Source: Felis catus
Lineage: Eukaryota
NCBI RefSeq assembly: GCF_018350175.1
Contig: NC_058374.1
Coordinates: forward strand, 139,996,001 to 140,060,000
DNA length: 64,000 nucleotides
Reading direction: 5' to 3'
Below the pieces are notes generated by a model. It worked only from the letters and a program-made list of their open reading frames with translations, was not told the origin of the DNA and ran no database searches. Both the position numbers and the translations under genes were made by a program. Positions 13,134-24,408 of this stretch are shown in pieces (position 1 is the first letter of the stretch; the number at the start of each line of letters is the position of its first letter).

Positions 13134-13673
13134 AATAGGACTTTTAACTCAGTGGGAAAACGATGGTTTATCATCCCAATAGAAGGAAATAAAGCTGAGC
13201 CATCACTTCGCACCACACACAAAAATACATTAAAAAGAAAAGGAAGACATTCTTAGAATAAAATTTTGGGAGGTGCCTTTATACATCTTTAGTGTTACAG
13301 ATACACTCATAAATTAATTTTGGCTGATGCCTCCTTCCCCTTCTCTCACCCTCCCTAAAAACCCCAACAGTAAGAACAAAGAGAATCCTGCTGCAGGCAG
13401 AATCAGGGAGAACGGGGACCCATCTGTCTGTTGTACCAGCAGATGATAAAAAGGAGGTACACCTGTCTCCCCAGGCTGCATCCTTGTGTCCCCAGGCCGG
13501 AGATGAAGTGTTCTTATAAGCCTGGAACTCTGTCCCTCGGAGTGCAGAAGGCTTGGTGGCTAGCATCACCTCCTCCCCACTAGCACTGGGTCCTGGGATG
13601 CCATCGACCGCAGCTGGGTACAGGTATATCTTGCTTTTGGAATGTTCCAGTCCAGCATTGGTTGGGTTCACCA

Positions 13674-14795
13674 TCAGCCAGAGGCCTCGCCCAGCTCCTT
13701 CTCCGGGACCACACTCAGCATCTCAGCGTCCAGCCACCACAGCTCCGAACCGTGTCTGTGAGCATCGTGAGTTATTTTGCGCATCCATCAGCAAGACACA
13801 TCCTAAGAGTATCAGAAAGTCTAAGGGAGGTGATTTGTTCGGTCTGGAAACATTCAGAGTTTTTGCATGTAAATAATGATAATGGCTTCTTTGCTTGATG
13901 CTATTTCTGTTTACGGAAGTTTTCATAAGAATGTTCGACTTTCAAATAGTGGGGGAACTCTGTGCTGATGACCGCCAGGGAGAGGAAGCTGCATGTTCAG
14001 CCCGCCCTGTTCTCTCTTGGGCTGTTGGGATGTGTTTCTGTTTGTTCCTGGCCAAGTGCTAGGCTCAGAACTCGGTCCTGGGGAAGCATTGACAGGTCAA
14101 GAGCTCCCAGCGATAAAGACGTCCGTACGCAGGCCTCTTCCTTTTCCACGCAGAAAAGGGAAAGCATGGGGCTCCCCCTCCCCTGCCACCCTTCCTTCTC
14201 CCTCATGACCAATGGCTCTGTGGACTCATCTTCCCGTGGCTTCTTTGAAAGTGTGAGGGTGTATTTGTAATCAGTTCAATTCTTCTTCCTTTTCAGGGAG
14301 AAAATATTGACAGTTCTACACATCAATATCTTTTCCTTTCTGGATTGTGTTGATCAGCACCAAATTGTCTCAGTTTTGTGACATGTACTTTGATAAAGGA
14401 CACTTACCACGCAGTGCCCAAGCACATCGATATGACCTTCGCTTTGGGTTTCTGATGGAAGAGAGCCAAGAATATTCTGTAGAATAAATATACCTTGTCC
14501 AGCTTCATATACTTCCTTACTGCTCTCACCTTTCAGGGAGCTATATATCCATTAACAGAAAATTTTGATTGTATTAAAATAACTAAATGGGATGTTCCTT
14601 GATGTATTTCTAGGTTTTTCTTTACACATTCAAGTCCCCTAAAATAATTTCAATAAACAAATGTCTCCATAATAAAGAAAAGTCTTGTAAATAATAGAAC
14701 ACCTTTCAGATTTAAGTGATGCTATCATTTGTCCATTGTCACTTCCTGTCGGGGAGGAGGGTCCTGACCAGGACACTTCTTTATCCCCACCGTCC
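13674..14795 (-). pseudogene. Decayed last exon of a DTHD1-like gene (end of ZU5b, UPA domain, death domain)
   Basis: The acceptor cacag|G is at 14796/14795. Translation across frameshifts gives DGGDKEVSWSG..NGQMIASLKSERCSII, KEKPRN..IPFSYF..NGYIAP, SSKEVYEAGQGIFILQNIL, FHQKPK (14443-14460), IDVLGH, LPEKEEELN, KKPLSLFTCKNSECFQTEQI, K*LTMLTDTVRSCG, LDAEML. These are collinear with recalled DTHD1 segments GWCG..SGLVSVELYEHLERFIV, KDNPHR..VPSKDL..EGFGGP, EGEQLLLRFTGNIF, FHLQRKPR, VDEFGN, LPKHKKLIN, KLKNPDDLTEQI, DKLRLLARHLRKIG. Multiple in-frame stops are present (e.g. TAG at 14639-14641), and a TGA lies at 13674-13676. Confidence 0.75.
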
Positions 14796-14893
14796 CTGTG
14801 ATTCGAGTTAGGGAGAGACTTGGGATTCAGATGGCTGGAACCAAAGTGGCAGCTTTCATGAGGGTAAAATCAGGACTGGGGGACATCGCTATA

Positions 14894-14935
14894 GTAGGTG
14901 ACCACATGCCTGGGTTTGCTAATGTCACCTGGACC
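14894..14935 (+). mobile_element. Short MER94-like (hAT-Blackjack) end fragment
   Basis: TAGGTGACCACATGCCTGGGTTTGC resembles the AGGGTGACCATATGTCCCGGTTTGCC terminus. Confidence 0.35.
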
Positions 14936-14939
14936 AGTT

Positions 14940-15560
14940 ATGGCATATGCAAACCATGGACTACCCCTTGGTCATAAAAATGAACAGAGTACTGATACCT
15001 GTTACAACATAGATGAATCTTGAACACATTGTACTAAGTGCAAGAAGTCAGTCCCAAAAGACCACATATCATTTGATTCCAGTTAGTGAAATGTCCAGAA
15101 TGTGCAAACAGACAGACACACACACAGACAATTGTTGCCAGGGGTCTGGAGGTGGAGTGATAGTTAATGTACAAGGTTTCTTTCTGAGGTCATGAACATG
15201 TTCTCTTTTTTTTATTTTTTTAACGTTTATTTATTTTTGAGAGACAAGAGAGACAGAGAACGAGCAGGGGTGGAACAGAAAGAGAGAGAGACACAGAATC
15301 TGAAGCAGGCTCCAGGCTCTGAGCTGTCAGCACAGAGCCCGACGTGGGGCTCAAACCCATGAACCACAAGATCATGACCTGAGCCGAAGTCAGTTGCTTA
15401 ACTGACTGAGCCACCCAGGTGCCCCCATGAACATGTTCTAATGGGGATGGTTACATGACTCTGAATATACTAAAATCCACTGAATTGTACACTATAAAAC
15501 AGGGATTTTTTTTTTTTTTTTTGCTATGTGAATTACATCTCCATGAAGGTGGTGTAAAAA
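14940..15560 (+). mobile_element. L1M 3' end remnant (interrupted by a SINE)
   Basis: ACAACATAGATGAATCTTGAACACATTGTACTAAGTGCAAGAAGTCAG...GAATATACTAAAATCCACTGAATTGTACAC. Confidence 0.8.
15205..15425 (-). mobile_element. SINEC_Fc with TSD CATGAACATGTTCT
   Basis: Full-length element with a 14-bp TSD. Confidence 0.97.
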
Positions 15561-15619
15561 GATCTGTGGCTAAATCATTCAAGCAAGCTCAGGTGCCTGT
15601 CAGGAGCAGAAATGTAAAT

Positions 15620-17190
15620 ATGCACAGCAATTAAAAGACCACCATAAAAATATACAGATATGTTAAGGTAATTCATACTGGAATAGAGTGTATGACTTCT
15701 GGCTCTTGATAATGGTGAAATAGCTTATACTAGACTAATCTTTGCATCTACAAAATTATAAACTCTGGATCAATTGTGAAGGCAAATAACTAGATAATTA
15801 TAAGCACAACTGTTTAAGACTGGAGAGTGCGACCAAAAGCGGGTAGAAGTTGGACACGGTCAATGCCAGACAAAACGGGAAAGAAAAGGGTGATATCTAC
15901 ATTTAAGCATAAATATGAAAGACTTTTTTCTCTTCATAAATTATTTACAGAAGTGAACATTTAAAGCAAACATAATAACTTATTTTGGTGTTTAGACCAT
16001 ATAGGCAAGAAAATATATAACAATAAGAACACAATAAGCAGGAAGGGTGAATGGAAGGGTCCTGCATATTTTTAATTCAAGATAATCCATCATAAATTAA
16101 GGATGAGTATTGCAATCACCAGACAAGCTCTAAAAAGAAACAGAAAGAGGTATATTGGGGAACTAGAATGGAATGCTAAAACGCACTCAACTACACCAAA
16201 ATAAAACAGGAAATAAAGAGCCAGAAGAAACGAAAAAATGTAGAGAACAGATAGCATGATGGTCTCTGAACCCACCCACACCCATCATTACACTAAATGT
16301 AAATGGATAAAACACTGAGATCTTGGACCACAGTTGTCAGACTGGAAAAAACCTGAAGCCTCAGCTCTACACTGTTCACAGAGGAACATTCTAGATAGAA
16401 AGACAAAGGGTGAAAATAAAGGGTGGAGGAAGGGGTGACATGCCAGGAATAAGCATGAGACATGTGTGTAGCTACATTAATATCAGACACTGCAGACTTC
16501 AGAGAGATGAAGAAGCTCATTTCATAGCGAAAACTGGAAAAATTCATCGAGACCTTAAAAAAACACAAACCAAAACCTAAGGTGCTTCATCTAATGACAG
16601 AGTTTCAAAACAAATGAAGCAAAGATAGATGGGATTAAAGGGAGAAAGATCTCTTTCTTTCTATATATAGAAAATATATATATGTTCTATATATATAGAA
16701 CATATAACTACAGAACTTGCTTTTCAAGTGCACAAGGTACAGTCACCAAGATAAGCTTATGCAGAGCATAAAACAAGCCACAATGAACATGAATATAAAC
16801 AAATCATACAGAGCATTTATCTGATGAAAACTGACTTCAAGTCTGTAATGATCACTTACCTAGCAGAATTAGCAAATATGATTGAGATGAAAACTTCTTC
16901 TAATTGATCTATAAGTTAACCAAAATCTCAGGATTTGTTTATAGAAATTGACAGATTAAAACCATAATATATGTAAAAGTGTCAAGATGCAGTAAGTTTA
17001 GCCTGAGAAATTTTGGAAAAGAACAAATTTGAAGGATTTATACCACCTTGTTGCAAAGTGTAATGTAAAGCTACAATAATCAAGATCATGTGACACAATC
17101 TCAAGTAGAGGCCAACAGACCAATGGAGCAGAACAGAGAGCGGGCACAGACACACATGTATTCCGTCATCTGGATCTCGGCAAAGGCGGT
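15620..17190 (+). mobile_element. Old L1 remnant (ORF2 fragments)
   Basis: ATTACACTAAATGTAAATGGATAAA, TAGCTACATTAATATCAGACA, TCAAGTGCACAAGGTACAGTCACCAAGATAAG, AAAGCTACAATAATCAAGA. Confidence 0.7.
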
Positions 17191-17419
17191 ATTGTAAACT
17201 TTCATATTAATCACTAATTCTAACATAACTGGAATTAATTTTGGTGTTTATAGAGGAGTACATGATCCCAGGGCACCTAATACAAAACCCAACATTTTCC
17301 CAAAAGTGTATTTAATGTCAATGTATTACTTTTTCTAATTAAATACATCTTTACACTTAAAATATAAACAGCATGGTGGCAACAGCATCACGTGTGCTGG
17401 TGAGGCTGACCCATGCCGT

Positions 17420-17750
17420 GTCTTTGTGCTGCAGCCCCTGCGGGTTGGCAAGGGTGCGGTGGAGAGAAGTCTGCTCTGTGGAGCCACTCAGGGTCCAGGC
17501 TCCTTTCCATCCCAGGGCCTGGAGGCTGTCTGCTCGATTCTCTTCATCTGGCTGGCCAAAGGGGAGCTAAAAAGGTAGCATAGGGTCCTAGAATGTCTTC
17601 TCAGGGTCAGGGCTAAAAACAGCATGGATGCCTCTGCCTCCATTCCGTTGGCCACAACTCAGCCACGTGATCCTGGATCCCAAGAAAGGCTGGGACTGCA
17701 GGCTAACCACGGGACAGGACGACGGGAAAGGACACAGTGAGCACATGGCG
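17420..17750 (-). mobile_element. Old MaLR/ERVL LTR fragment (MLT1-like)
   Basis: ACTCAGGGTCCAGGCTCCTTTCCATC...CTCTGCCTCCATTCCGTTGGCCACAACTCAGCCAC motifs. Confidence 0.45.
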
Positions 17751-19827
17751 TCGCCCATCGTGACCCTGGATGCTGAGTAAGACCTTGCCCCGTGCCAGGC
17801 TCTGCTGGTGCACTAGTCCGTGTTATCCTCACAAGAGATGGAAGGCCCCCACCGCCCCGTCACCCCATTTCATCGTAATGCAAATCCCACCAAGGATGCG
17901 GCCGAGATGGGGCAAGGGGGATGCAGGGGATGTGAGGTGGACTTTAGGTACTTCCAGCAGAGCCTGGTAATTACTTGGGTTGGGAAGGGAGGGGCTCGGT
18001 GAGGAAGGAGATCCCAGAATGTTTCCTACATTTTCAATTTGGAGATCTGTGTTGGTGGTGATCCCACCGATGGCGATGGAGAGCGTTCCCGAGATTGGAG
18101 GCTGGACTCTTTGCTAAGTCACCCAGTTCCCACTGTCCCCTCTATGGTAGGGAACCGTAGGGAGCCAGACCACGTGGTCTCCGGCCCCTGATCTGCTCCT
18201 AGCAGCTGGGGACCATGCTGGGCCATTCCGTGGCTGCCCCTGTTCCCCTTCAGGAAACCAGGACAACAGTCGCGCCAGCCTGGTGTTGGTGTCGGGACTC
18301 GGTGATTTGGACAGTGTAGACTTGGACTGTGTCCAGCGTGTGGTGGGTGGTAGATGGTGTTGCTGTTACAATGCGCTCAGTCAGTTGACCCCTCCTCCCG
18401 TCCCAAGTCGTCTCTCAGTCTTCTGCAAGCCATGGTGAAGCACAGGCTCTCCAGGGCGTCCAGATGGCTCCTCCCACCCGGGTTTGTCTAGGGAGCTCCC
18501 CAAGCACCTTGGTCTCCATGGTCCCTCATGGCGAGAAGCCTGAGCTAGCAGTGGGGGAAGGAGGGAGAGCTGAGGAGTTCTCTCGGGGTTTCTGTCCCAT
18601 CCCAGCATCCCAGCCTCGGCCGCCAGCTTCCTGGTCCCGGGGCCGGCCCGGTAAGAGGCAACCGGTGGAAATCTCCTGGGAAGCTGTCCTGCACCCACAT
18701 GCCACAGAGCAATTGCAAGTGCCCCCAAGTACATCTGGCTGGCTTGCTCCTGGAGGAATGAGTTAGATACTCCAAGACGGGACACGCTGTCCTGACAGAC
18801 TAATGTGCAATTTATCGGAATGTAAAGATAACTAGACAATAGCAATTTCCTCCTGGAATCTTTCTCATGCGGTGGGAAATAAAATTGTTATGTATTATAA
18901 TAAAGATTGTATTTTTGTATCTGTGGCTTTTATAAAGTGCTAACGCTGTTGTGGGTGATTTCTTTCAGAACATCAAAAGATAAATCATGGAAAACACACG
19001 GAGCAGCTCTTGAGACAGACCTCGCATTAAAGCTGCTACCCTGTGAAGTGCAGACCTTAGTCCCACTTCACTTTTACCGTCCATTCATTCGTATTTTGCC
19101 TCTTTAAGGAGGATGTGAGGAGGCAGCCCGAGTCAGACCAGGAAGCCCTGCCCACCGAGGACAGCCCTCAGCCTCAGCGCTGGGTCAGATCCTGTGGATT
19201 CTCGGAGGAGACGGGTGACCAGGACCGGGACTGGCCTTGCAGAGGCATGACTGTGCTGTCAGCTCACAGCGGCAGTCTCGTTGGCAGAAGCAAACGCTCA
19301 GAGCTCCGGACTTGTGTCCCCTGGCCCGTAGGTCAGGCACAGTCCTGATGGATCGCCGTGACCCCAGAAGACTTCCATGTGAGGCGTCCAGGAGCAGAGT
19401 CAGTCCTGCCTGTGGCTCAAATCCCTCCCCCGCCGTTTCCCACGACGTGAGGTCCACACGCAGTGGCCCAGCCTCTAAAGCCCTCAGCAAACTGGCTCAG
19501 GTGGCCTCTTCAGACGTCCCTCTTGCTGACTTCACTTTCACAAGTCGACTCTGCGTCATAGAAGGAGAGGGGTCTTGGGAGAACACCGTCCTGAGTTCAT
19601 TCCAAGTTCCCGCAGAGCTAATGGGGCTGCCTTTGTAAGCCAGAGTGGGGTTCACGGGTACCAGGTTCCCCCACGGCACGCATGAGCCGTGGGCTCAGGG
19701 AGGACAGGCACAGGCCCTCTCCGGCTCTGTTTGGGGCCCCATTCTCCAGATGCTCACAGCAGATCTTTAAGGGATGTGTATTAATTAATGACTTCCAGGA
19801 AGGTAATCTAGCAAAAAGCTGTCAGTT

Positions 19828-19830
<3 letters not shown>

Positions 19831-19861
<31 letters not shown>
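19831..19861. repeat. (CA)n microsatellite
   Basis: About 15 CA units. Confidence 0.95.
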
Positions 19862-19865
<4 letters not shown>

Positions 19866-19929
19866 GCCAGACAAACACAAGATGCCAAGGAATCACACTG
19901 AGAAGTAACCTCACTTTGTTTTGTCAATT

Positions 19930-20157
19930 ATTTTTTTTAAATTTTTTAAACATTTTTATTTATTTTTGAGAGAGAGAGAGAGATGGAGCATGAGCAGGGG
20001 AGGGGCAGAGGAAAAGAGGGAGACACAGAATCCGAAGCAGGCTCCAGGCTCTGAGCTGACGGCACAGAGTCTGACTCGGGGCTCAAACCCATGAACTGTG
20101 AGATCATGACCTGAGCCAAAGTCGGACACTCAACCGACTGAGCCACCCAGGAGCCCC
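19930..20157 (-). mobile_element. SINEC_Fc
   Basis: Full length; near-perfect TSD TGTTT(T/G)GTCAATT. Confidence 0.96.
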
Positions 20158-21072
20158 TGTTTGGTCAATTGTAAGCAGATACATGGGAATTAGGGAGAAA
20201 CACCCTTCAAACTAGGGGCAGTTCGGCCCCTCAAAAGCTGAGAGACAAGAGATCGTGGTTCAGTGATTCTCAATCCAAAACCAGCAGCAGACAGGAAATG
20301 TATATTCATATCGAGAAATTGCTGTATCAGTATCTCCAGACCTGAGACCCCACCAGAACCCAGCCGGGCAGCCCACATCTTGGGTGTGGGACGAGACCCG
20401 GTGTGGGCAGCTCTGGGCTCCAAGTTCAGCCTCTTGGGTTTTCCAGATCAACACCAGGTAGCAGCACAATGCATTTTTGTCCGAACAATTTTTTTTTCCT
20501 TGGTGGAAAGGATAGAGAATTTGGAGGTGGGAGACCGTGGCTGGAGCCCCCACCATGGCGCTGGAAAGTCAACCGTGCTTGCTGGGAAATGGTGGGTGTT
20601 AACATCTTCATCCTTCAGCAAGGATCTTAGGAACAGGTGATCCCATTATCCTTCTTGCCTGGTGCGGAGACCGGGTGGGGTTGGCGGCTCACGTGGCCCC
20701 TGCACCATGGGCCCGGCTTATAAACTTCTCAGCTCCTCCCACCCCGACTCTGAAATCACCCATGTGACTCACACATCCAGTGGGTGTCAGCAAAGGTAAA
20801 GTGGGGCTGGGAAAGATGTGCTCTCTTCCCACTCTCTCTCAAGAGTCCTGTCGGCACCAAGAGCCTGGCCACCGGCTGGGGTGACAGATGCACGGAGCGG
20901 AGCCCTGTGGCCCCACTGAGGCATCCTGGAACACCCAGCCATCTGCCCGGCCACAAGACGACCCAAGTTTAGGTCCGCCACCAGCCCAAAGAGGCCCAGA
21001 CTAGCACAACCTCGTGGCCAACACGGACAACCTGAGAAACATCAGACACGGTTTCTTTAAGATGGTGTTTCT

Positions 21073-21262
21073 GGAGCGTCTGTGTGGCTCAGTGGGTTGA
21101 GCATCCGACTCTTGATCTCAGGTCAGGTTATGGTCTGACAGTTCGTGGCTTCAAGGCCCGTGTCAGGCTCTGCATTGACAGTGTGGAGCCTGCTTGGGAT
21201 TCTGTCTCTCCCTCTCTCTGCCTCTCTCTCGCGCCAAATAAATAAATAAACTTAAAAAAAAA
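21073..21262 (+). mobile_element. Can-SINE with TSD AAGA(T/C)GGTGTTTCT
   Basis: Head GGAGCGTCTGTGTGGCTCAG, A-tail and flanking repeat. Confidence 0.93.
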
Positions 21263-21264
21263 AG

Positions 21265-21468
21265 ACGGTGTTTCTCCATCTCTGCCTTTCTACGGGACAA
21301 GTCTTGGTAGGGGGTGGCCGCCCCGTGCATTGTAAGATGCTTAACAGCATTCCTGGCCTCACCCGGCAAATGCCAATAGTGCCCAGCCCAAGTCACAACG
21401 ATAAAAATGTCTCTGGACATTTCCTCGTAGTCTTGCTGGGGGCAAACACTCCTGACTGAACACCACTG
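21265..21468 (-). mobile_element. MER20 hAT-Charlie fossil
   Basis: GTGCATTGTAAGATGCTTAACAGCATTCCTGGCCTC...AAAAATGTCTCTGGACATT...GGGGGCAAA...CACCACTG. Confidence 0.85.
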
Positions 21469-23904
21469 CTTCAAGCCTCTGGGTTTGGGGGCGGGGTTTG
21501 CTAGGCAGTGCTGATGTGACAATAGCTAAGTCCTACAGGGAACACAGAAGGAACGGTTCACTTGTAAGCCCACGGAGCTAGAACTGTTGACTGATTCACT
21601 CACGGGGAAACCACTGGGTGCTCCCCCCGCCCCAGCCCTGCAGACTGGGTCATGGGTGTCACTGCCCCAGATGACTGTCCAGCTCCAGGAAAGCCGCTGG
21701 CCTCTCCACGCTGCACATCGTACTCAGCCTGAGTCTTGCTAGGGTGGAAAACAGGCAGGAGTCCTTTCCTTTGTTCTTCCCATGCAGACTCACAGTTCGC
21801 CTTGGGAACAGCAAACCTGGAGCTCAGAGCGGGGATGCACCCCCCCCCCCCCAGCCCTGCAGGCCGGGGCCCTCACATTGGGTCTCCGACCCCTTGGCAC
21901 ATGCATGCATCCTCCTGGGTCTCTCTCAGCTGGGGGAGAACACCTTGGGGCTGGATGCTCCCTGCCCCTGTGCAACAGGTGACTATCTCGGCCACATTCT
22001 TTCCTCCCAGGACTTGGATATTCCGATTTGTCACTCTGTGCTTCCGTCTCCTGTTGAGCAAAAGTTACACCGGGACCACCGCTCACGCTTCCTGAGGAGA
22101 AGGCCACTCATGTCCCTTTCTCTTGCCTTGGGTCACCAACCCTCTGGGGGGCGAGCCTTCTAGAAGCCCAGAGAAGCCGTCTGCATGTGCCTCTGGGGAT
22201 TCCAGAGCAACCGCTGCACCTGCCAGCCGCCCACTAGCTCCGCGGGTCCTTCAGAGAGTGTTTCCTCGCCATCGGTGAGTCTCAGTGGCCTGACCTGCCC
22301 GCTGCTGTCACAGGCACTCACTCCTGCCAGTCAGCTGCAAATGCGGGGTTCAGAAAACAGCGTGATTGATGAGCGCTGATCGCACCCCAAAATGACGGCA
22401 GAACACAAGGCATCTGGTCTGCCTTGGAGAGAAGGGTGGGCTCGGAAAGGTCGCTGGGGTGCAGGGTCACCTAGGGAGAGAGCAGCCCCGAGGAGAGCAG
22501 TGTTCTTTGTGGCTGCGATGCCCTGCCCCCCCCCCGGAAGGGTTTGGGGAAGGACCCTCACTGTCCTGGGTCCCCCTGTGCCCACAGCATCCTCTACATT
22601 TAGAATTGGGGCCAAGAGCTTTCCCAGGAAGAGAGGTGGGAGGGAGTCCCTCAAAATGTGCAGATTCTGTGAAACAGGGAACGTGGGGCATATAAGTAGG
22701 TCTAGTGGGTGTAGACGGGAGGCCCAGGGGCCCAGATACTGGTCGTCCAGGCTGCACCCTCAGACCCTGAAAGGAGGACACAGCTTGGATGAGGGGCAGA
22801 GGTCAGGGCAGGGTCCCCGCTGTGTGTGTCGGGGGCAGGGGACCTGTGGGCCCCAGACATGGACCGAAGAGCCAGCTGGACTGCCTCCTCCCCGCGGGAC
22901 CCCCATGCACATCTCTGCTCCTCCCTCCCATCGAAAACGCCTTCCAGGGCCGTCCCAGCCGGGACAATTTTCGCTCAGCCTGGTCCTTGAACATCCTCCC
23001 TGCAGCCACGCCGTCTTGACCAGAGAGCAGGTGCCCTCCCGGGACCAGCGCTGCCCAACCCGCCCTGCTCGCTCTGCTGTCCCTGCGGGTCCCCATTTCC
23101 CTGACCCTGTACTTGTGGGACTCGTCAGCCCCTCGCCTCCACTCACCATCAGAAGGTCTTGGGGGCACCACACGGGCCCCAGACTTCCCTCCGGCTCTCC
23201 GCCAGCTTTCCTCGCTCAGACACAACAGAAGCGCCGAGGTCACTGCTCTCCCTCTTGAGGAAACATGTCACCAGGTTGGACAATTTCCCTGATTTCCCCA
23301 CAACTTCTTACCACCAATGGTCTCGCGATGGAGCCCGTTATCATCGTCACAATATGCATCTGGGAAGTGGGGCTGCCTGGCGGCTCCCACGTCACCCAGT
23401 TCGGCCGATGCCTGGCAGCTGGGACATCTAGGGGACGTGGCCTCGGGATCACAGGGCAGTGACGCACCCGGGGACAGAGGCTTTGCAGGTTTGCAGGCGG
23501 AATGTGCCTCCCTTCCCGGGCTGGGAGCACAGAGCGCCCGTTGGGCCCTGCACTGAGCAGTTACCACAGCCCCTGTCCTCCCCCGCCGGTCCCTGCAGGA
23601 CAGGGCTGGCCACACGCTCCCACCCTGACCCCACTGGGCCGACCCCGAGCAGGGCTGGGGCTCTGCCTCTCGGTGTGGGTCTGATGGGCCCGGAGAAGCA
23701 AGGATGTCCACACCTTACACCTGGTGCTGTAGCTACCATGTAATGGGAGAAATGAACGCGTGGGGTCTGCTTCCAGACCCCCACCACAAGCGTGATGAAA
23801 TGGGGAACCTTCCCAGGGGTGCGGCTGCTTCCCAGCTGCTGAGGGAAGACTGTTAGTTCTTCAGGAATATTGTGAGGTGGTTGTTTAAATGTCGGTGAAG
23901 CAGG

Positions 23905-24340
23905 GTCAGCTGTGGACCCCTTTCCCCAATAGACACGTCTCCCCCGAAGCTGTGGGTGTGGGTGCACCAGGGCGGAAACGGAGTCTTGTCATTATGTCTC
24001 CGGAGATGAGCGCATCCTGCATGGAGGCCCTATGTCCATCGAATGGTGTCTTTACGAGAGACAGTCAGAGGGAGACGGGAGACCCACACGCGCAAGGGGG
24101 GAGGCCGCGGGGAGACAGGCAGAGACCGGATGACGCGGCCACAAGACACAAACAGCCTGAGCTGCCGGGAGCCCGCAGAGGCGGGAAGGAACCTCCCCAG
24201 GAGCCCGGGGGGCGGATGGCAGCCTTGCCCACACCTTGATTTCAGACATTGGGCTCCAGGCTGTAGGAGAACAAAATTCTGTTGTCGTAAGCCCCAAGTT
24301 TGTAGTTTTTATTTGTGGCAGCCCCAGGAAACTAATACAG
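23905..24340 (+). mobile_element. MLT1 (MaLR) solo LTR
   Basis: CACCTTGATTTCAGAC...AAAATTCTGTTGTCGTAAGCCCCAAGTTTGTAG...GGCAGCCCCAGGAAACTAATACA 3' end. Confidence 0.85.
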
Positions 24341-24408
24341 TAGACGTTATTAAAAAAGTATACTATGTACCTTTACAATTAAATACATAAAAATAAGAAC
24401 GATCATAC

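Noticed and set aside
14290-14640. Initial impression of FAM120B similarity (FHQKPK versus FFQKPK)
   Set aside because: The similarity was local only, whereas the DTHD1-type ZU5-UPA-DD match is collinear over many motifs and several exons.
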